From Alphaproteobacteria bacterium (GTDB lineage Bacteria > Pseudomonadota > Alphaproteobacteria > SMXQ01), in NCBI GenBank assembly GCA_035493495.1, contig DATJIG010000257.1, forward strand, positions 6,698-70,697: DNA of 64,000 bases, read 5' to 3'. Below are positions 40,239-50,150 of the stretch, piece after piece (within the stretch, counting starts at the first letter, position 1; every line of letters begins with the position of its first letter). A program made the translations under genes and the position numbers. The notes beneath the pieces were generated by a model. The model did no database searches, was not told the origin of the DNA, and worked only from the letters and a program-made list of their open reading frames with translations.

Positions 40239-40910
40239 CTAATGGGTGGCGTCGGTCGCCACCAGGATCCAATTGGGATCGCTCGACCGGGTGTTGCGGG
40301 CATAGGTCCAAACGTCGGTCACTTCCGCGATGCGATCGGCATCGCCGTCCACAACCTGGCCGGCGGTATCACGCGTGACGTTGATCTGCTCGCTGATATA
40401 GCGGACGGCGACAGCGGCTGTCGTGCCTTCCATTCGCGCCGACACCAGGTCGGCGTCGCGAATCCGCACGATCGTCGTTTCGTGAACCTGACCAGCCGCC
40501 TTGCGGTTGCGGATCTCAGCGCTGAAACCGTCGAAAACCTCGGTTGAGAGCAGTGGCTTGAGCTTGGCCTCGTCTCCGGCAGCGAAGGCGGTGACGATGT
40601 ACTCGAACGCTGCCCGGGCGCCGTTGGAGAATTCCTGCTCATCGAACGTCGGATCGGCGACCTTGATCTGCGCCAAGCCAGCGTTCAGCGATCCCGGCGC
40701 CGGACCAGGCGTCGCCAATGGACCGCTGCTCGACGGCGGCAGAGCCTCCGGCGCGCGCTGCGCCGGTTGCGGCGGCGCCGGACGGAACGGATCGGGACGC
40801 TGGCGCTCGTTGCCGGTGCGACGGCCAAGCACGCTGCGCAGGCGCAGAATGATGAACGCTGCGACCAGCGCCAGGAAGATGATGTCGAAAAACTGGAAAC
40901 CGCCGCTCAT
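40239..40910 (-). CDS. Tim44-like-domain inner-membrane protein
   Basis: N-terminal TM, Pro-rich linker, C-terminal Tim44-like fold; conserved secB-divergent position in alphaproteobacteria. Confidence 0.7.
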   Translation of the reverse strand: MSGGFQFFDIIFLALVAAFIILRLRSVLGRRTGNERQRPDPFRPAPPQPAQRAPEALPPSSSGPLATPGPAPGSLNAGLAQIKVADPTFDEQEFSNGARAAFEYIVTAFAAGDEAKLKPLLSTEVFDGFSAEIRNRKAAGQVHETTIVRIRDADLVSARMEGTTAAVAVRYISEQINVTRDTAGQVVDGDADRIAEVTDVWTYARNTRSSDPNWILVATDATH

Positions 40911-41115
40911 TGCGAAACACCCGCGGATCGTCCGCGCTCGGGATACGGCGCGCCTACTCCTAACCTAACAACGGGACAGCCGGTTTTCCACCCCTGGCGG
41001 CGGATTTCGCGCCGGAGCACCGCACCGAGGGGGCTCGGTTGCGCCTCCGGGCGCGCCATGGTAACCGAACGCCGACCGTAGCCTGCCCCATTCGCGCAAC
41101 AAAGGACCGGGACCG

Positions 41116-41643
41116 ATGTCCGATCCCACATCCCCGACCATCGGCTCCCCCTTTATCGACGGCGTCCTTACGCTGCCCGCCGAGCATCCAGGGGTTCACA
41201 CGCTTACCCAGTACCTGCGGGACCTGTCGTTCGAGAATCCTCGGCCCTTCAGCCGCTCACGCGGCACCGAGCGGGATCCGCACTTTGACATCATCGTCGG
41301 CGTCCACAGTCGGCCGGGCGACGAGCCGGGCGCATGGATGGTCGACCTATCGATCCGCGCCGAGGCGCGGGACGACGAGCAGAACGTGATGTTCCTGGCA
41401 GAGATCGTCTACACCGGCTGCTACGTGATCACCAATGTGGCCGACGACCGGATCGAGACCGTCCTCCACATGACCTGCGCGCCGCTGTTGTTCCCCTACG
41501 CGCGCCACATCCTCGACGAAGCGATCCAGCGCGGCGGCTACCCGCCGCTGCATCTGACCGTGTCGATGCACGAGTTCGCGACGCTGTTCGAGCGCCACCT
41601 CGAGCGCAAGAAGCGCGAAGCGGCGACGAAGGGCCTCGCCTGA
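41116..41643 (+). CDS. secB: Protein-export chaperone SecB
   Basis: About 160-aa SecB fold (LRDLSFENPRPF...), acidic C-terminus. Confidence 0.85.
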   Translation: MSDPTSPTIGSPFIDGVLTLPAEHPGVHTLTQYLRDLSFENPRPFSRSRGTERDPHFDIIVGVHSRPGDEPGAWMVDLSIRAEARDDEQNVMFLAEIVYTGCYVITNVADDRIETVLHMTCAPLLFPYARHILDEAIQRGGYPPLHLTVSMHEFATLFERHLERKKREAATKGLA

Positions 41644-41661
41644 CCCGAACGCCTCAGCGCG

Positions 41662-42342
41662 TCAGTTCTTCCAGATCGGAGCTTTGAGCCCGGCGACGAA
41701 CGCCTCGAAGGCAGCCGCCTCTTCGGGCGTGGGCGCGAAAGGGCGCGGTGGACGCACGGGTCCCCGGACCGCGGCTACCGCCGGTCCGATCGGAAGGCCC
41801 GTCGCCGCCGTCTCGAGGCCGAGGCCGCGCTGACGACCGCCGGTGAGCTCGACGTAGACCTGGGCCAACAGTTCGCAGTCGAGCAACGCGCCGTGCAGCG
41901 AACGCTGCGACAAATCGACCGAAAAGCGCCGGCACAAGGCGTCGAGCGACGCGGGCGAGCCCGGAAACTTCTTCCGCGCCATATCGACGGTGTCGACCAC
42001 CTCGTTCGCGCGCAGGCCGTCGCGGTTGCAGAGCTTGATCTCGGCGCGAAGGAATTTGAGGTCGAACTCGGCGTTGTGGATCACCAGCGGCGAATCGCCG
42101 ACGAACTCGAGAAAGTCATCGACCTTGTCGGCGAATCGGGGATGCGCCGACAGGAACTCGCGCGAAAGGCCATGGACCCGGAAGGCCTCCTCGGGGATGT
42201 CGCGATCAGGATTGAAGTAGGACTGGAACGTCCGGCCGGTGGGCAGACGGTTCGCGAGTTCGACACAGGCGACTTCGACGAGGCGGTGACCGACGGCGGG
42301 ATCGAGGCCGGTGGTTTCCGTATCGAGAACGATCTCACGCAC
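41662..42342 (-). CDS. dnaQ: DNA polymerase III epsilon (3'-5' exonuclease) subunit; GTG start
   Basis: Exo motifs: [29 protein letters not shown]. Confidence 0.9.
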   Translation of the reverse strand: MREIVLDTETTGLDPAVGHRLVEVACVELANRLPTGRTFQSYFNPDRDIPEEAFRVHGLSREFLSAHPRFADKVDDFLEFVGDSPLVIHNAEFDLKFLRAEIKLCNRDGLRANEVVDTVDMARKKFPGSPASLDALCRRFSVDLSQRSLHGALLDCELLAQVYVELTGGRQRGLGLETAATGLPIGPAVAAVRGPVRPPRPFAPTPEEAAAFEAFVAGLKAPIWKN

Positions 42343-42345
42343 GCA

Positions 42346-42987
42346 TCAGGCTTTCCGTCGTTGCCGCGCCAGAATGGCGATTCGCGCGAGTCGACGCAAG
42401 CTGTCGCGCTTCGAGAGGCCTGTCGGAACGATAAAATCCGCGCGAGCGCGCTTGACGCGGTCAGGGATCTGGCGATCGAGAATCGCCTTCAGGCGCTCGG
42501 GCGTCTGGCCACCGCGGGCAAGAACCCGCGCGCGCTGCAGAGATTCGGGCGCGGTCACCACGATAACCTCGTGAACGCGGTCCTCGGCGCCGATCTCGTA
42601 CAGAAGAGGAATGTCGAGAACGACGACCGGCCGGCGTGCCCGACGCGCAGCGGCAAGAAAGCGCTCGGTCTCTGCGCGCACGAGCGGATGCAGGATCGAT
42701 TCAAGACGGGCAAGCGCCTGGGGATTTCCGAACACCAGGGACGCGAGCTTCGGCCGGCTGATTCCACCGTCGGCGCACGCCGCTGGGAAGGCGTCGCCGA
42801 CAGGATCGACACCGTGGCCACCAGGCGCCAACAGCCGATGCACGGCGGTGTCCGACGAAAACACCGGCACGTGCAGCCGCTTCAGGGCCTTCGCCGCCGT
42901 GGTCTTCCCCATACCGATCGAGCCGGTGAGGCCGAGGATATAGGGTCGCTCGGGGCGCAGCCGCCGCGTCAGCGCGCGGCGAACCAT
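42346..42987 (-). CDS. coaE: Dephospho-CoA kinase
   Basis: P-loop ILGLTGSIGMGKTT; ATGA overlap with the aroE stop. Confidence 0.85.
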   Translation of the reverse strand: MVRRALTRRLRPERPYILGLTGSIGMGKTTAAKALKRLHVPVFSSDTAVHRLLAPGGHGVDPVGDAFPAACADGGISRPKLASLVFGNPQALARLESILHPLVRAETERFLAAARRARRPVVVLDIPLLYEIGAEDRVHEVIVVTAPESLQRARVLARGGQTPERLKAILDRQIPDRVKRARADFIVPTGLSKRDSLRRLARIAILARQRRKA

Positions 42988-43829
42988 CAAAGGCCCTCGG
43001 CCAAGAAGCGCCGAAGTCCGCCGTCGAGTTCGGGCTCGACACCGAACCATGCGGTAAACCCGGCGCGCGCCTGATGAATGAGCATGCCGAGCCCATCGAT
43101 CGCCACCAGGCCGCGGGCACGCGCCTGGGCGAGAAGTGCGGTCTCAAGGGGCGAGTAGACGCAGTCGAAGACGCTCGCGGCCGCCGGCAGGACGCCGAGG
43201 TCGATCTCAAGCGCAGGCTGCCCGCTCATTCCCAGCGTCGTGGTGTTCACCACCAGAGCCGCGTTGGCGAGCGCGCTGTTGCGGGCGACCCACGACAGCA
43301 CGCCGATCCCGCTATTGAGGGCCATTGCGAGCTGCTCAGCCCGCTCACGGGTGCGGTTGACGAGACGGATCTCGCGTACACCCGCGTCCTGCAGCGCAAC
43401 GACGACGGCACGCGCCGCGCCGCCAGCGCCAATCACCACCGCCGGGCCGGCATCCGGCTTCCATCCCGGCGCAGAGGCCTTCAGGTGTTCGAGAAAACCG
43501 ATCGCATCGGTGTTGGTGCCATGAAGCGTACCGTCGGTCTCCATCATGACTGTGTTCACCGCGCCGATCCGACGCGCGGTGGAATCCAGCGTGTCGACGG
43601 CCGCCAGCGCCGCTTCCTTATGCGGCACAGTGACGTTGACGCCGCGGAATCCCATCAGCGCCAGCATGCGCAGTGCCTGGGCGAAATGCGCTGGCGGGAC
43701 TTCCAAAGGTACATAGGTGCCGTCGATTCCATAGCGTTGGAGCCAATAGCCGTGCAGCCGCGGCGACCGCGAGTGCCCCACGGGCCAACCCATCACACCG
43801 GCAAGCTTCGCCCGACCCGAGAGAATCAC
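42987..43829 (-). CDS. aroE: Shikimate dehydrogenase (GTG start)
   Basis: GWPVGHSRSPRLHGYW...VIGAGGAARAVVVAL. Confidence 0.88.
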   Translation of the reverse strand: MILSGRAKLAGVMGWPVGHSRSPRLHGYWLQRYGIDGTYVPLEVPPAHFAQALRMLALMGFRGVNVTVPHKEAALAAVDTLDSTARRIGAVNTVMMETDGTLHGTNTDAIGFLEHLKASAPGWKPDAGPAVVIGAGGAARAVVVALQDAGVREIRLVNRTRERAEQLAMALNSGIGVLSWVARNSALANAALVVNTTTLGMSGQPALEIDLGVLPAAASVFDCVYSPLETALLAQARARGLVAIDGLGMLIHQARAGFTAWFGVEPELDGGLRRFLAEGL

Positions 43830-44419
43830 GCGGGGATCACTCCTTGGCTTCTCAAGAACGCAAGCAACGGAAGAAGCGGCATGCCCATGATCGTGAAGAC
43901 ATCGCCTTCGATGCGCTCGAAGAGCTGCGCGCCGAGGCCCTCGATCTGATAAGCGCCGACGGACGACAGAACCGCGTCGCCCGCCCGATCAAGATAGCCG
44001 TCGAGGAACACCTCGGAAAAGGGCCGCATAGTGAGCCGCGCCTCGTCGATGTGTTTCCACAGGCATTCGTTCCCACATTGGACGACCACCGCTGCGGTCA
44101 GGACATGCAGCCGACCACGGAGCGCGAGAAGCTGGTCCCGCGCCTCCGTCCGGCTGCGCGGTTTGTCGAAACAGCGTCCGTCACAGGTGAGCATCTGATC
44201 CGAGCCTATGACGAATGCACCGGGGTGGCGGACTACGACGTCTTCAGCCTTGGCACTGGCCAAACGGGCGGCGATATCGCCGACGGTCGCCGCCGTTGCC
44301 ATCGACTGTTTGACCCGGTTTTCGTCGATGGACGATGGATCGATCACGAATGGAACGGCCGCAGCCCTCAGCATCTGCTGTCGTGACGCGCTGGCTGAAG
44401 CGAGGACCATGGAGGTCAT
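43826..44419 (-). CDS. maf: Maf-family nucleoside triphosphate pyrophosphatase
   Basis: VLASASASRQQML...FVIGSDQML Maf fold; ATG at 44419. Confidence 0.85.
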   Translation of the reverse strand: MTSMVLASASASRQQMLRAAAVPFVIDPSSIDENRVKQSMATAATVGDIAARLASAKAEDVVVRHPGAFVIGSDQMLTCDGRCFDKPRSRTEARDQLLALRGRLHVLTAAVVVQCGNECLWKHIDEARLTMRPFSEVFLDGYLDRAGDAVLSSVGAYQIEGLGAQLFERIEGDVFTIMGMPLLPLLAFLRSQGVIPA

Positions 44420-44422
44420 CAA

Positions 44423-44812
44423 GGGTCGCCCTGGCGGGGGGGCGATTTTCGCGAGTCGGGGATAAGTCGCACGTTATTCACCTCGGGCTCGAAACGCCGC
44501 CCGCACACCGCCGGTCGGTAAGTCACGTTTCACGCCTCGGGATCGAATCTACAGGTGCCCGGGAAGTCGGGAGCAAATCCGTCCCGGGCCGGTTATTCCC
44601 ACGATTCGGAGGCATCGTGTCCCTCAAAAGAAACCGCGTATCGTAAGCATCGGCTTGGCATTTTATCCCCTTACCCACACAGTTTTGCACGTCGCCAAAT
44701 TTGCTCACAGCTGCCACTGCATAAATCTCTTGATTGGAGAATCCCCTTTTTCCCCAGGACCAACTACAACAACTACCTTTTTATAGATTCTTATAAGATT
44801 GAAGTAGAAACC
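44423..44812. other. Candidate chromosomal replication origin (Cori-type oriC) in the maf/hemE divergent intergenic region
   Basis: Only markedly AT-rich stretch in the window (3' half about 55-60% AT against about 34% overall). DnaA-box-like 9-mers: TTACCCACA (1 mismatch), TTATCCCCT, TTATTCCCA, TTATTCACC and GGGGATAAG (each 2 mismatches). Four GANTC (CcrM) sites lie within 246 bp. The flanking genes maf-aroE-coaE-dnaQ-secB and hemE-hemH match the Caulobacter Cori locus. Confidence 0.6.
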
Positions 44813-45886
44813 GTGGCGAACGCCGTGCCTCTGTCCTCAATCACTCCCGTCTCCGACAAACGACTCCTCCGCGCTCTTTCCGGGCAAGCGGTCGATCGTC
44901 CCCCGTTCTGGTTTATGCGGCAGGCGGGACGATACCTGCCGGAGTACCGCGAGCTCAGGCAGCGGTCCAAAGACTTCATGTCGTTCTGCTACAGCCCATC
45001 GCTTGCAGCCGAAGCGACGGTGCAGCCGATCCGGCGATTCGGCATGGACGCCGCGATTATCTTTTCGGACATCCTGGTGATCCCCGACGCACTCGGGCAG
45101 CGGGTAAATTTCGAATCCGGCCATGGTCCAATGCTGGACGCTCTGACGGGAGAGAGTCAGATCGCCGGTCTGACCCTGTCGCGGCTGCGGACGCGTTTGG
45201 GACCGATCTACGATGCGTTGGCGCTCACCCACACCAAGCTCGATCTCGATACCGCCCTGATCGGTTTTGCCGGCGCACCGTGGACGATTGCCTGCTACAT
45301 GATCGAGGGTAGTGGCAGTGCCACCTTCTCGAAAGCCAAGGCATGGATCTACCGCTCGCCAGAGCGAATGACGATGCTGTTCGATATTCTGGTCGAGGCG
45401 ATCGCGGATCATCTCATCGCTCAGGTCGAGGCCGGCGCTGAAGTGCTGCAGCTGTTCGACAGCTGGGCCGGCGTTCTGCCAGAACGCGAATTCGAGCGCT
45501 GGTCGATCGAGCCTACGATGCGCATCGTAGGCAGGGTAAAATCGGTACACCCGCACGTGCCGATCATCGGGTTTCCTAACCGCTGTGGCGCCACCATCGG
45601 GCAGTACGCACGCATTACCGCAGTCGACGCCGTTCAGCTCGACAGCGGCACGCCAATCGGCTGGGCACGGACGCAGGTGCCGGCCAAGGTTGCGATCCAA
45701 GGCAATCTCGACCCTCAACTTCTTGTGGTCGGCGGGCCAGCGATGCTGAACGAGGCAGACCGGATCGTTCGAATCATGTCTGGGCAGCCATTCGTCTTCA
45801 ACCTGGGGCACGGCATCGTTCCCGAGACTCCGCCCGAAAACGTAAGCCAGCTTTCGGCATTGCTGCGCGGAGAACGACCGGCATGA
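44813..45886 (+). CDS. hemE: Uroporphyrinogen decarboxylase (GTG start; no in-frame ATG upstream of the conserved N-terminus)
   Basis: LLRALSGQAVDRPPFWFMRQAGRYLPEY, the canonical HemE N-terminus; full-length URO-D. Confidence 0.88.
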   Translation: MANAVPLSSITPVSDKRLLRALSGQAVDRPPFWFMRQAGRYLPEYRELRQRSKDFMSFCYSPSLAAEATVQPIRRFGMDAAIIFSDILVIPDALGQRVNFESGHGPMLDALTGESQIAGLTLSRLRTRLGPIYDALALTHTKLDLDTALIGFAGAPWTIACYMIEGSGSATFSKAKAWIYRSPERMTMLFDILVEAIADHLIAQVEAGAEVLQLFDSWAGVLPEREFERWSIEPTMRIVGRVKSVHPHVPIIGFPNRCGATIGQYARITAVDAVQLDSGTPIGWARTQVPAKVAIQGNLDPQLLVVGGPAMLNEADRIVRIMSGQPFVFNLGHGIVPETPPENVSQLSALLRGERPA

Positions 45887-46926
45887 GTGGGCGGGTCGGC
45901 GTTGTTCTTTTCAACCTTGGCGGGCCGGATCATCCGTCGGCGATCGAGCCGTTTCTCGTCAACCTGTTCAACGATCCGGCTATCGTCCGGTTGCCGCAGC
46001 CGTTCCGCTACATGATCGCGCGGCTCATCGCGCGCCGGCGCGCGCCACTGGCCACCGGCATCTACGAACGACTGGGTGGATCGTCGCCGATCCTCGCGGA
46101 AACGCGGCGCCAGGCGGATGCGCTGACGGGCGTTCTGCCGCGGCAGCGGCCTGAGACGGAATTCAAGGTTGTCATTGCGATGCGATACTGGGCACCCCAC
46201 AGCGGCGAAGCGGCGGCCGAGCTTGCCGCATGGAAACCGGACCGCATCGTCCTGTTGCCGCTCTACCCGCAATTCTCGACCACAACCACGGCGTCGTCGC
46301 TGCGGGATTGGACGCGAGCGGCGCGACGGCACAAGCTGACGGCGCCCACCAAAGCTCTGTGTTGCTGGCCGGCGCTGCCGGGGCTCGTTCGAAGTTACGT
46401 CGATAGGATCGCACCGCTGCTGCGCGACGATCCGTCACTGCGCGTCCTGTTTTCCGCCCACGGTCTTCCGGAGAAGATCGTGAAAGCCGGCGATCCTTAC
46501 CCCGAGCAGGTGATGGTCACGACACGGGCTGTTCTCGACATGCTGGCCGGCGACGGACTGACCGACATCGATTGGACCGTCTGCTATCAGAGCCGGGTTG
46601 GCCCGTTGCGTTGGATCGGACCGTCAACCGACGACGAGATCCGTCGCGCCGGGGCCGACAAACGCGGAGTCGTCGTGGTGCCGATAGCGTTCGTGTCGGA
46701 GCATTCGGAAACATTGGTCGAGCTTGACCACGAGTACCGAAGGCTTGCCAATGCCGTTGGTGTGCGGCGCTACGAACGGACTCCGACGCCGTCTATCGCC
46801 GCACCGTTCATTGCCGGGCTTGCCGATCTTGTGCAGCGGGCTCTGTCGACACCGGAGGCGATGTTTGCCGGCTCGCCCCATGGCGCGTGTGTGCCGGGGT
46901 CAGCCTGCCCGCTGCTGGGCGGGTGA
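45883..46926 (+). CDS. hemH: Ferrochelatase
   Basis: VGVVLFNLGGPD...; ATGA overlap with hemE. Confidence 0.9.
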   Translation: MSGRVGVVLFNLGGPDHPSAIEPFLVNLFNDPAIVRLPQPFRYMIARLIARRRAPLATGIYERLGGSSPILAETRRQADALTGVLPRQRPETEFKVVIAMRYWAPHSGEAAAELAAWKPDRIVLLPLYPQFSTTTTASSLRDWTRAARRHKLTAPTKALCCWPALPGLVRSYVDRIAPLLRDDPSLRVLFSAHGLPEKIVKAGDPYPEQVMVTTRAVLDMLAGDGLTDIDWTVCYQSRVGPLRWIGPSTDDEIRRAGADKRGVVVVPIAFVSEHSETLVELDHEYRRLANAVGVRRYERTPTPSIAAPFIAGLADLVQRALSTPEAMFAGSPHGACVPGSACPLLGG

Positions 46927-46939
46927 CGAGGAGGGAACG

Positions 46940-47371
46940 ATGACCTGGATTCTCTGGCTGAAGGCGTTGCACGTGATCGCGGTGATCGCGTGGATGGCCG
47001 GGCTTCTGTACCTCCCGCGGCTGTTCGTCTATCACGCCGATACCCGCGTCGGCTCCGACCTTTCGGAGACCTTCAAGGTGATGGAGCGCCGGCTGCTGCG
47101 CGCGATCATCAACCCGGCGATGGTCGCAGTTTTCGCGTTGGGAATCGCCCTCGCCGCGGCCGAGGGTGTGGAAAGCCTCGGCGGCTGGTTCCACGTCAAG
47201 GTGTTGCTGGTGCTGATCCTCGCCGGAGTGCACGGCCTGATGGCGCGCTGGCGCAAGGAATTCGAGCGCGACGAGCGGGTCCACTCGGCCCGTTTCTTCC
47301 GTATCGCCAACGAGGTCCCGACGGTCCTGATGATCGCCATCGTCGTCCTCGCGGTCGTGAAGCCGTTCTAG
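46940..47371 (+). CDS. hemJ: HemJ-type protoporphyrinogen IX oxidase (UPF0093/CopD-like membrane protein)
   Basis: MTWILWLKALHVIAVIAWMAGLLYLPRLFVYH; four TM helices; follows hemH as usual. Confidence 0.75.
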   Translation: MTWILWLKALHVIAVIAWMAGLLYLPRLFVYHADTRVGSDLSETFKVMERRLLRAIINPAMVAVFALGIALAAAEGVESLGGWFHVKVLLVLILAGVHGLMARWRKEFERDERVHSARFFRIANEVPTVLMIAIVVLAVVKPF

Positions 47372-47424
47372 TGAAACGCCACGCCTTGCGGCGGTCCGCC
47401 GAGCGCCGTAGGCTCTGCCCCGCC

Positions 47425-47664
47425 ATGAAACCCGCCCTCGCCCTTTTGAGCCTGCTGCTGCTGTCCGGATGCTTCGGATGGTTCGGGGACAGTGTTCCCG
47501 ATCAGGTGAGCGGCGATTCCGACGGCGTGGTCTTCAAGGGCAGCGGCGACACCGACCGGCGAAATGCGGCGGCCGCGTACTGCTCGACGTTTAACAAGTC
47601 GGCGATCATCCTGCCGGCCGAGCGCAGCGACTCGAGCAGCCTCAGCCGCTTCGCCTGCCGATAA
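47425..47664 (+). CDS. Small hypothetical lipoprotein (79 aa)
   Basis: MKPALALLSLLLLSGC lipobox; two further Cys residues. No family recognised. Confidence 0.45.
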   Translation: MKPALALLSLLLLSGCFGWFGDSVPDQVSGDSDGVVFKGSGDTDRRNAAAAYCSTFNKSAIILPAERSDSSSLSRFACR

Positions 47665-47799
47665 CGTGATTGCCCAGGCCCGGCTGCGGGTTTGACAGAG
47701 CGGCCGGTTTTCGCTACAGATTCAGCCCATCTCGACGGCGTCCGGCTGACGCCGCAACAACAGAACCCCCGCGAACTTCCTTAATAAAACCAAGCACTT

Positions 47800-47923
47800 A
47801 GCTTGGTAGGCCCGAGGCCAAAGCCTCATAGCCAAGGAAGCTGGTGCGAGCGGTCCCCCACCCCCTCCATCGCCTCCCCACGCACGTTCTCCCTCATCGG
47901 TCAGCCCCCACATCGGTCCTCCA
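47800..47923 (+). promoter_or_regulatory. C-rich, G-poor 5' leader of rho (rut-like; candidate Rho autoregulatory attenuator)
   Basis: Upstream of the rho ATG: CCCCCACCCCCTCCATCGCCTCCCCACGCACGTTCTCCCTCATCGGTCAGCCCCCACATCGGTCCTCC, with a strongly skewed C>G composition unlike the flanking DNA. Confidence 0.35.
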
Positions 47924-49180
47924 ATGCACCTCCAAGAACTGAAGAAGAAATCCCCCGCAGAGCTCCTCACCTACGCCGAGGACCTCAAGATCGAGAACGC
48001 GTCGACGCTCCGTCGTCAGGACATGATGTTCGCGATCCTGAAGCAGCTCGCCGAGAACGACACCGCGATCTACGGCGATGGTGTCCTCGAGATACTTCAG
48101 GACGGGTTCGGGTTCCTGCGATCGCCCGAGGCCAACTACCTGCCTGGGCCTGACGACATCTACGTCAGCCCGTCGCAGGTGCGGCGGTTCGGTCTCAGGA
48201 CCGGAGACACGGTCGAGGGACAGATCCGCTCGCCCAAGGACGGCGAGCGCTACTTCGCGCTGCTCAAGGTCAACACCATCAATTTCGAGCCGCCGGAGAA
48301 CGTGCGGCACCGGATCAACTTCGACAACCTGACGCCGCTCTATCCCGACGAGCGGCTCAAGCTCGAAATGCACGATCCGACCAAGAAGGATCTGACGACC
48401 CGCGTGATCGACCTGATCGCGCCGCTCGGCAAGGGCCAGCGCGCGCTGATCGTCGCGCCGCCGCGCACCGGTAAGACGGTGATGCTGCAGAACATCGCCC
48501 ACGCCATCGCCGCCAATCATCCGGAGGTCTATCTCATCGTCCTCCTGATCGACGAGCGCCCCGAGGAAGTGACCGACATGGCTCGCTCGGTGAAAGGCGA
48601 GGTCGTGTCCTCGACCTTCGACGAGCCGGCGACCCGCCACGTGCAGGTCACCGAGATGGTGCTCGAGAAGGCCAAGCGCCTCGTCGAGCACAAGCGCGAC
48701 GTGGTCATCCTGCTCGACTCGATCACTCGTCTCGCCCGCGCCTACAACACCGTCGTTCCCTCGTCGGGCAAGGTGCTGACGGGCGGTGTCGACGCCAACG
48801 CGCTGCAGCGCCCGAAGCGCTTCTTCGGCGCGGCCCGCAACATCGAGGAAGGCGGCTCGCTCTCGATCATCGCGACGGCGCTGATCGACACCGGCTCGCG
48901 CATGGACGAGGTCATCTTCGAAGAGTTCAAGGGCACCGGTAACTCGGAAATCATTCTCGACCGCAAGCTCTCCGACAAGCGCACGTTCCCGGCGATCGAC
49001 ATCACCAAATCGGGCACCCGCAAGGAAGAGCTCCTGGTCGACAAGGGGACGCTTGCCAAGATGTGGGTTCTGCGCCGCATCCTGATGCCGATGGGCGTCA
49101 CCGATGCGATGGAGTTCCTCGTGGGCAAGCTCAAGGAAACGAAGGAGAACGCCGGGTTCTTCGATTCCATGAACACCTGA
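47924..49180 (+). CDS. rho: Transcription termination factor Rho
   Basis: N-terminal RNA-binding domain, Walker [10 protein letters not shown] and R loops; 418 aa. Confidence 0.97.
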   Translation: MHLQELKKKSPAELLTYAEDLKIENASTLRRQDMMFAILKQLAENDTAIYGDGVLEILQDGFGFLRSPEANYLPGPDDIYVSPSQVRRFGLRTGDTVEGQIRSPKDGERYFALLKVNTINFEPPENVRHRINFDNLTPLYPDERLKLEMHDPTKKDLTTRVIDLIAPLGKGQRALIVAPPRTGKTVMLQNIAHAIAANHPEVYLIVLLIDERPEEVTDMARSVKGEVVSSTFDEPATRHVQVTEMVLEKAKRLVEHKRDVVILLDSITRLARAYNTVVPSSGKVLTGGVDANALQRPKRFFGAARNIEEGGSLSIIATALIDTGSRMDEVIFEEFKGTGNSEIILDRKLSDKRTFPAIDITKSGTRKEELLVDKGTLAKMWVLRRILMPMGVTDAMEFLVGKLKETKENAGFFDSMNT

Positions 49181-49204
49181 TTCCGACAATCAGACCGACG
49201 ACAG

Positions 49205-49240
49205 CAGGCCCGGACCCAAGGTCCGGGCCTTTCCATTTTC
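49205..49240 (+). terminator. Rho-independent terminator of rho
   Basis: CAGGCCCGGACC-CAAG-GGTCCGGGCCT followed by TTCCATTTTC. Confidence 0.7.
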
Positions 49241-49307
49241 GCGCCCCAACAGCCGGGAACTCCGGTGCGACTTCCCCGTTTCGCTCCGGCGAAAAAGGGA
49301 GTTCCCG

Positions 49308-49721
49308 ATGCCCGCGCCGTCCATTGCCACCGAAAAGGTCTGCTTCATCGTCGTGATGACGCGGGAGATTCACGCCAAGGTCGAGCCGGTTCTGCCGGAA
49401 GGCGCCTACGACGACGGCGCGGATACCCAGTTCCGCGAGGTCCTCGAGGACTTCGCCAACGACGGCACCTACCAGGAGCTCCGTGAATTCATCGTCGGCC
49501 TCGACGACGACGAACGAGTCGAGCTCCTCGCATTGCTCTGGATTGGCCGCGGCGACTTCGACGCCTCGCAATGGGAGGACGCGGTGGCCGAGGCCCGTGA
49601 TCGCGCCAATGCGCGCGAGCCCGACTACATCATCGGCACGCCTCTGGTATCCGATTATCTCGAGGAAGGACTGTCTGCCTTCGATCTGTCCTGTCTGGAT
49701 TTCGAGAAGCGCGACCTCTAG
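49308..49721 (+). CDS. DUF3775-family acidic cytoplasmic protein
   Basis: Preceded by RBS AAGGGAG; conserved LLALLWIGRGDF core as in DUF3775. Confidence 0.55.
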   Translation: MPAPSIATEKVCFIVVMTREIHAKVEPVLPEGAYDDGADTQFREVLEDFANDGTYQELREFIVGLDDDERVELLALLWIGRGDFDASQWEDAVAEARDRANAREPDYIIGTPLVSDYLEEGLSAFDLSCLDFEKRDL

Positions 49722-49787
49722 CTTCGGGCTTCCGCCGCGTCCCGACTGGCACTAAAGTCCCCCCGACTTTGTCTTGTGGGGGACATC

Positions 49788-50147
49788 ATGATCAACATCG
49801 ACCGTTATTTCTTCGGCCTGGCGGTGCTTGCCGCGCTCACCGGCATGACGCTCGGTATCGTCATGGCGGCACAGCAGAATTTCCAGCTGGCACCGGTTCA
49901 CGCCCACATCAACCTGGTCGGCTGGGCTTCGCTTGCGCTGTTCGGGCTCGGTTACCGCACCGGTCTCGCCCGCAACGACGGGCTGGCGAAGCTCCACTTC
50001 GTGGTGGCCCTCGCCGGCGTCGTCGTGTTTCCAGTCGGCATCTACTACGCCGTGGCGCGCCAAATCGAGATCGGCGCGATGGTCGGCTCGCTGCTCGTGA
50101 TCGCGTCGATGCTGATCTTCGGAATCAACTTCCTGCGCGGAAAGTAG
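49788..50147 (+). CDS. Hypothetical small inner-membrane protein (4 predicted TM helices)
   Basis: ATG preceded by GGGGGA; hydrophobic throughout. No family recognised; a GTG at 49776 is an alternative start. Confidence 0.4.
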   Translation: MINIDRYFFGLAVLAALTGMTLGIVMAAQQNFQLAPVHAHINLVGWASLALFGLGYRTGLARNDGLAKLHFVVALAGVVVFPVGIYYAVARQIEIGAMVGSLLVIASMLIFGINFLRGK

Positions 50148-50150
50148 AGA

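Noticed and set aside
44423-44812. CtrA boxes (TTAA-N7-TTAAC) within the putative origin
   Set aside because: No match found; the only GTTAAC in a regulatory context is the palindrome at 1530-1545, far from the origin.
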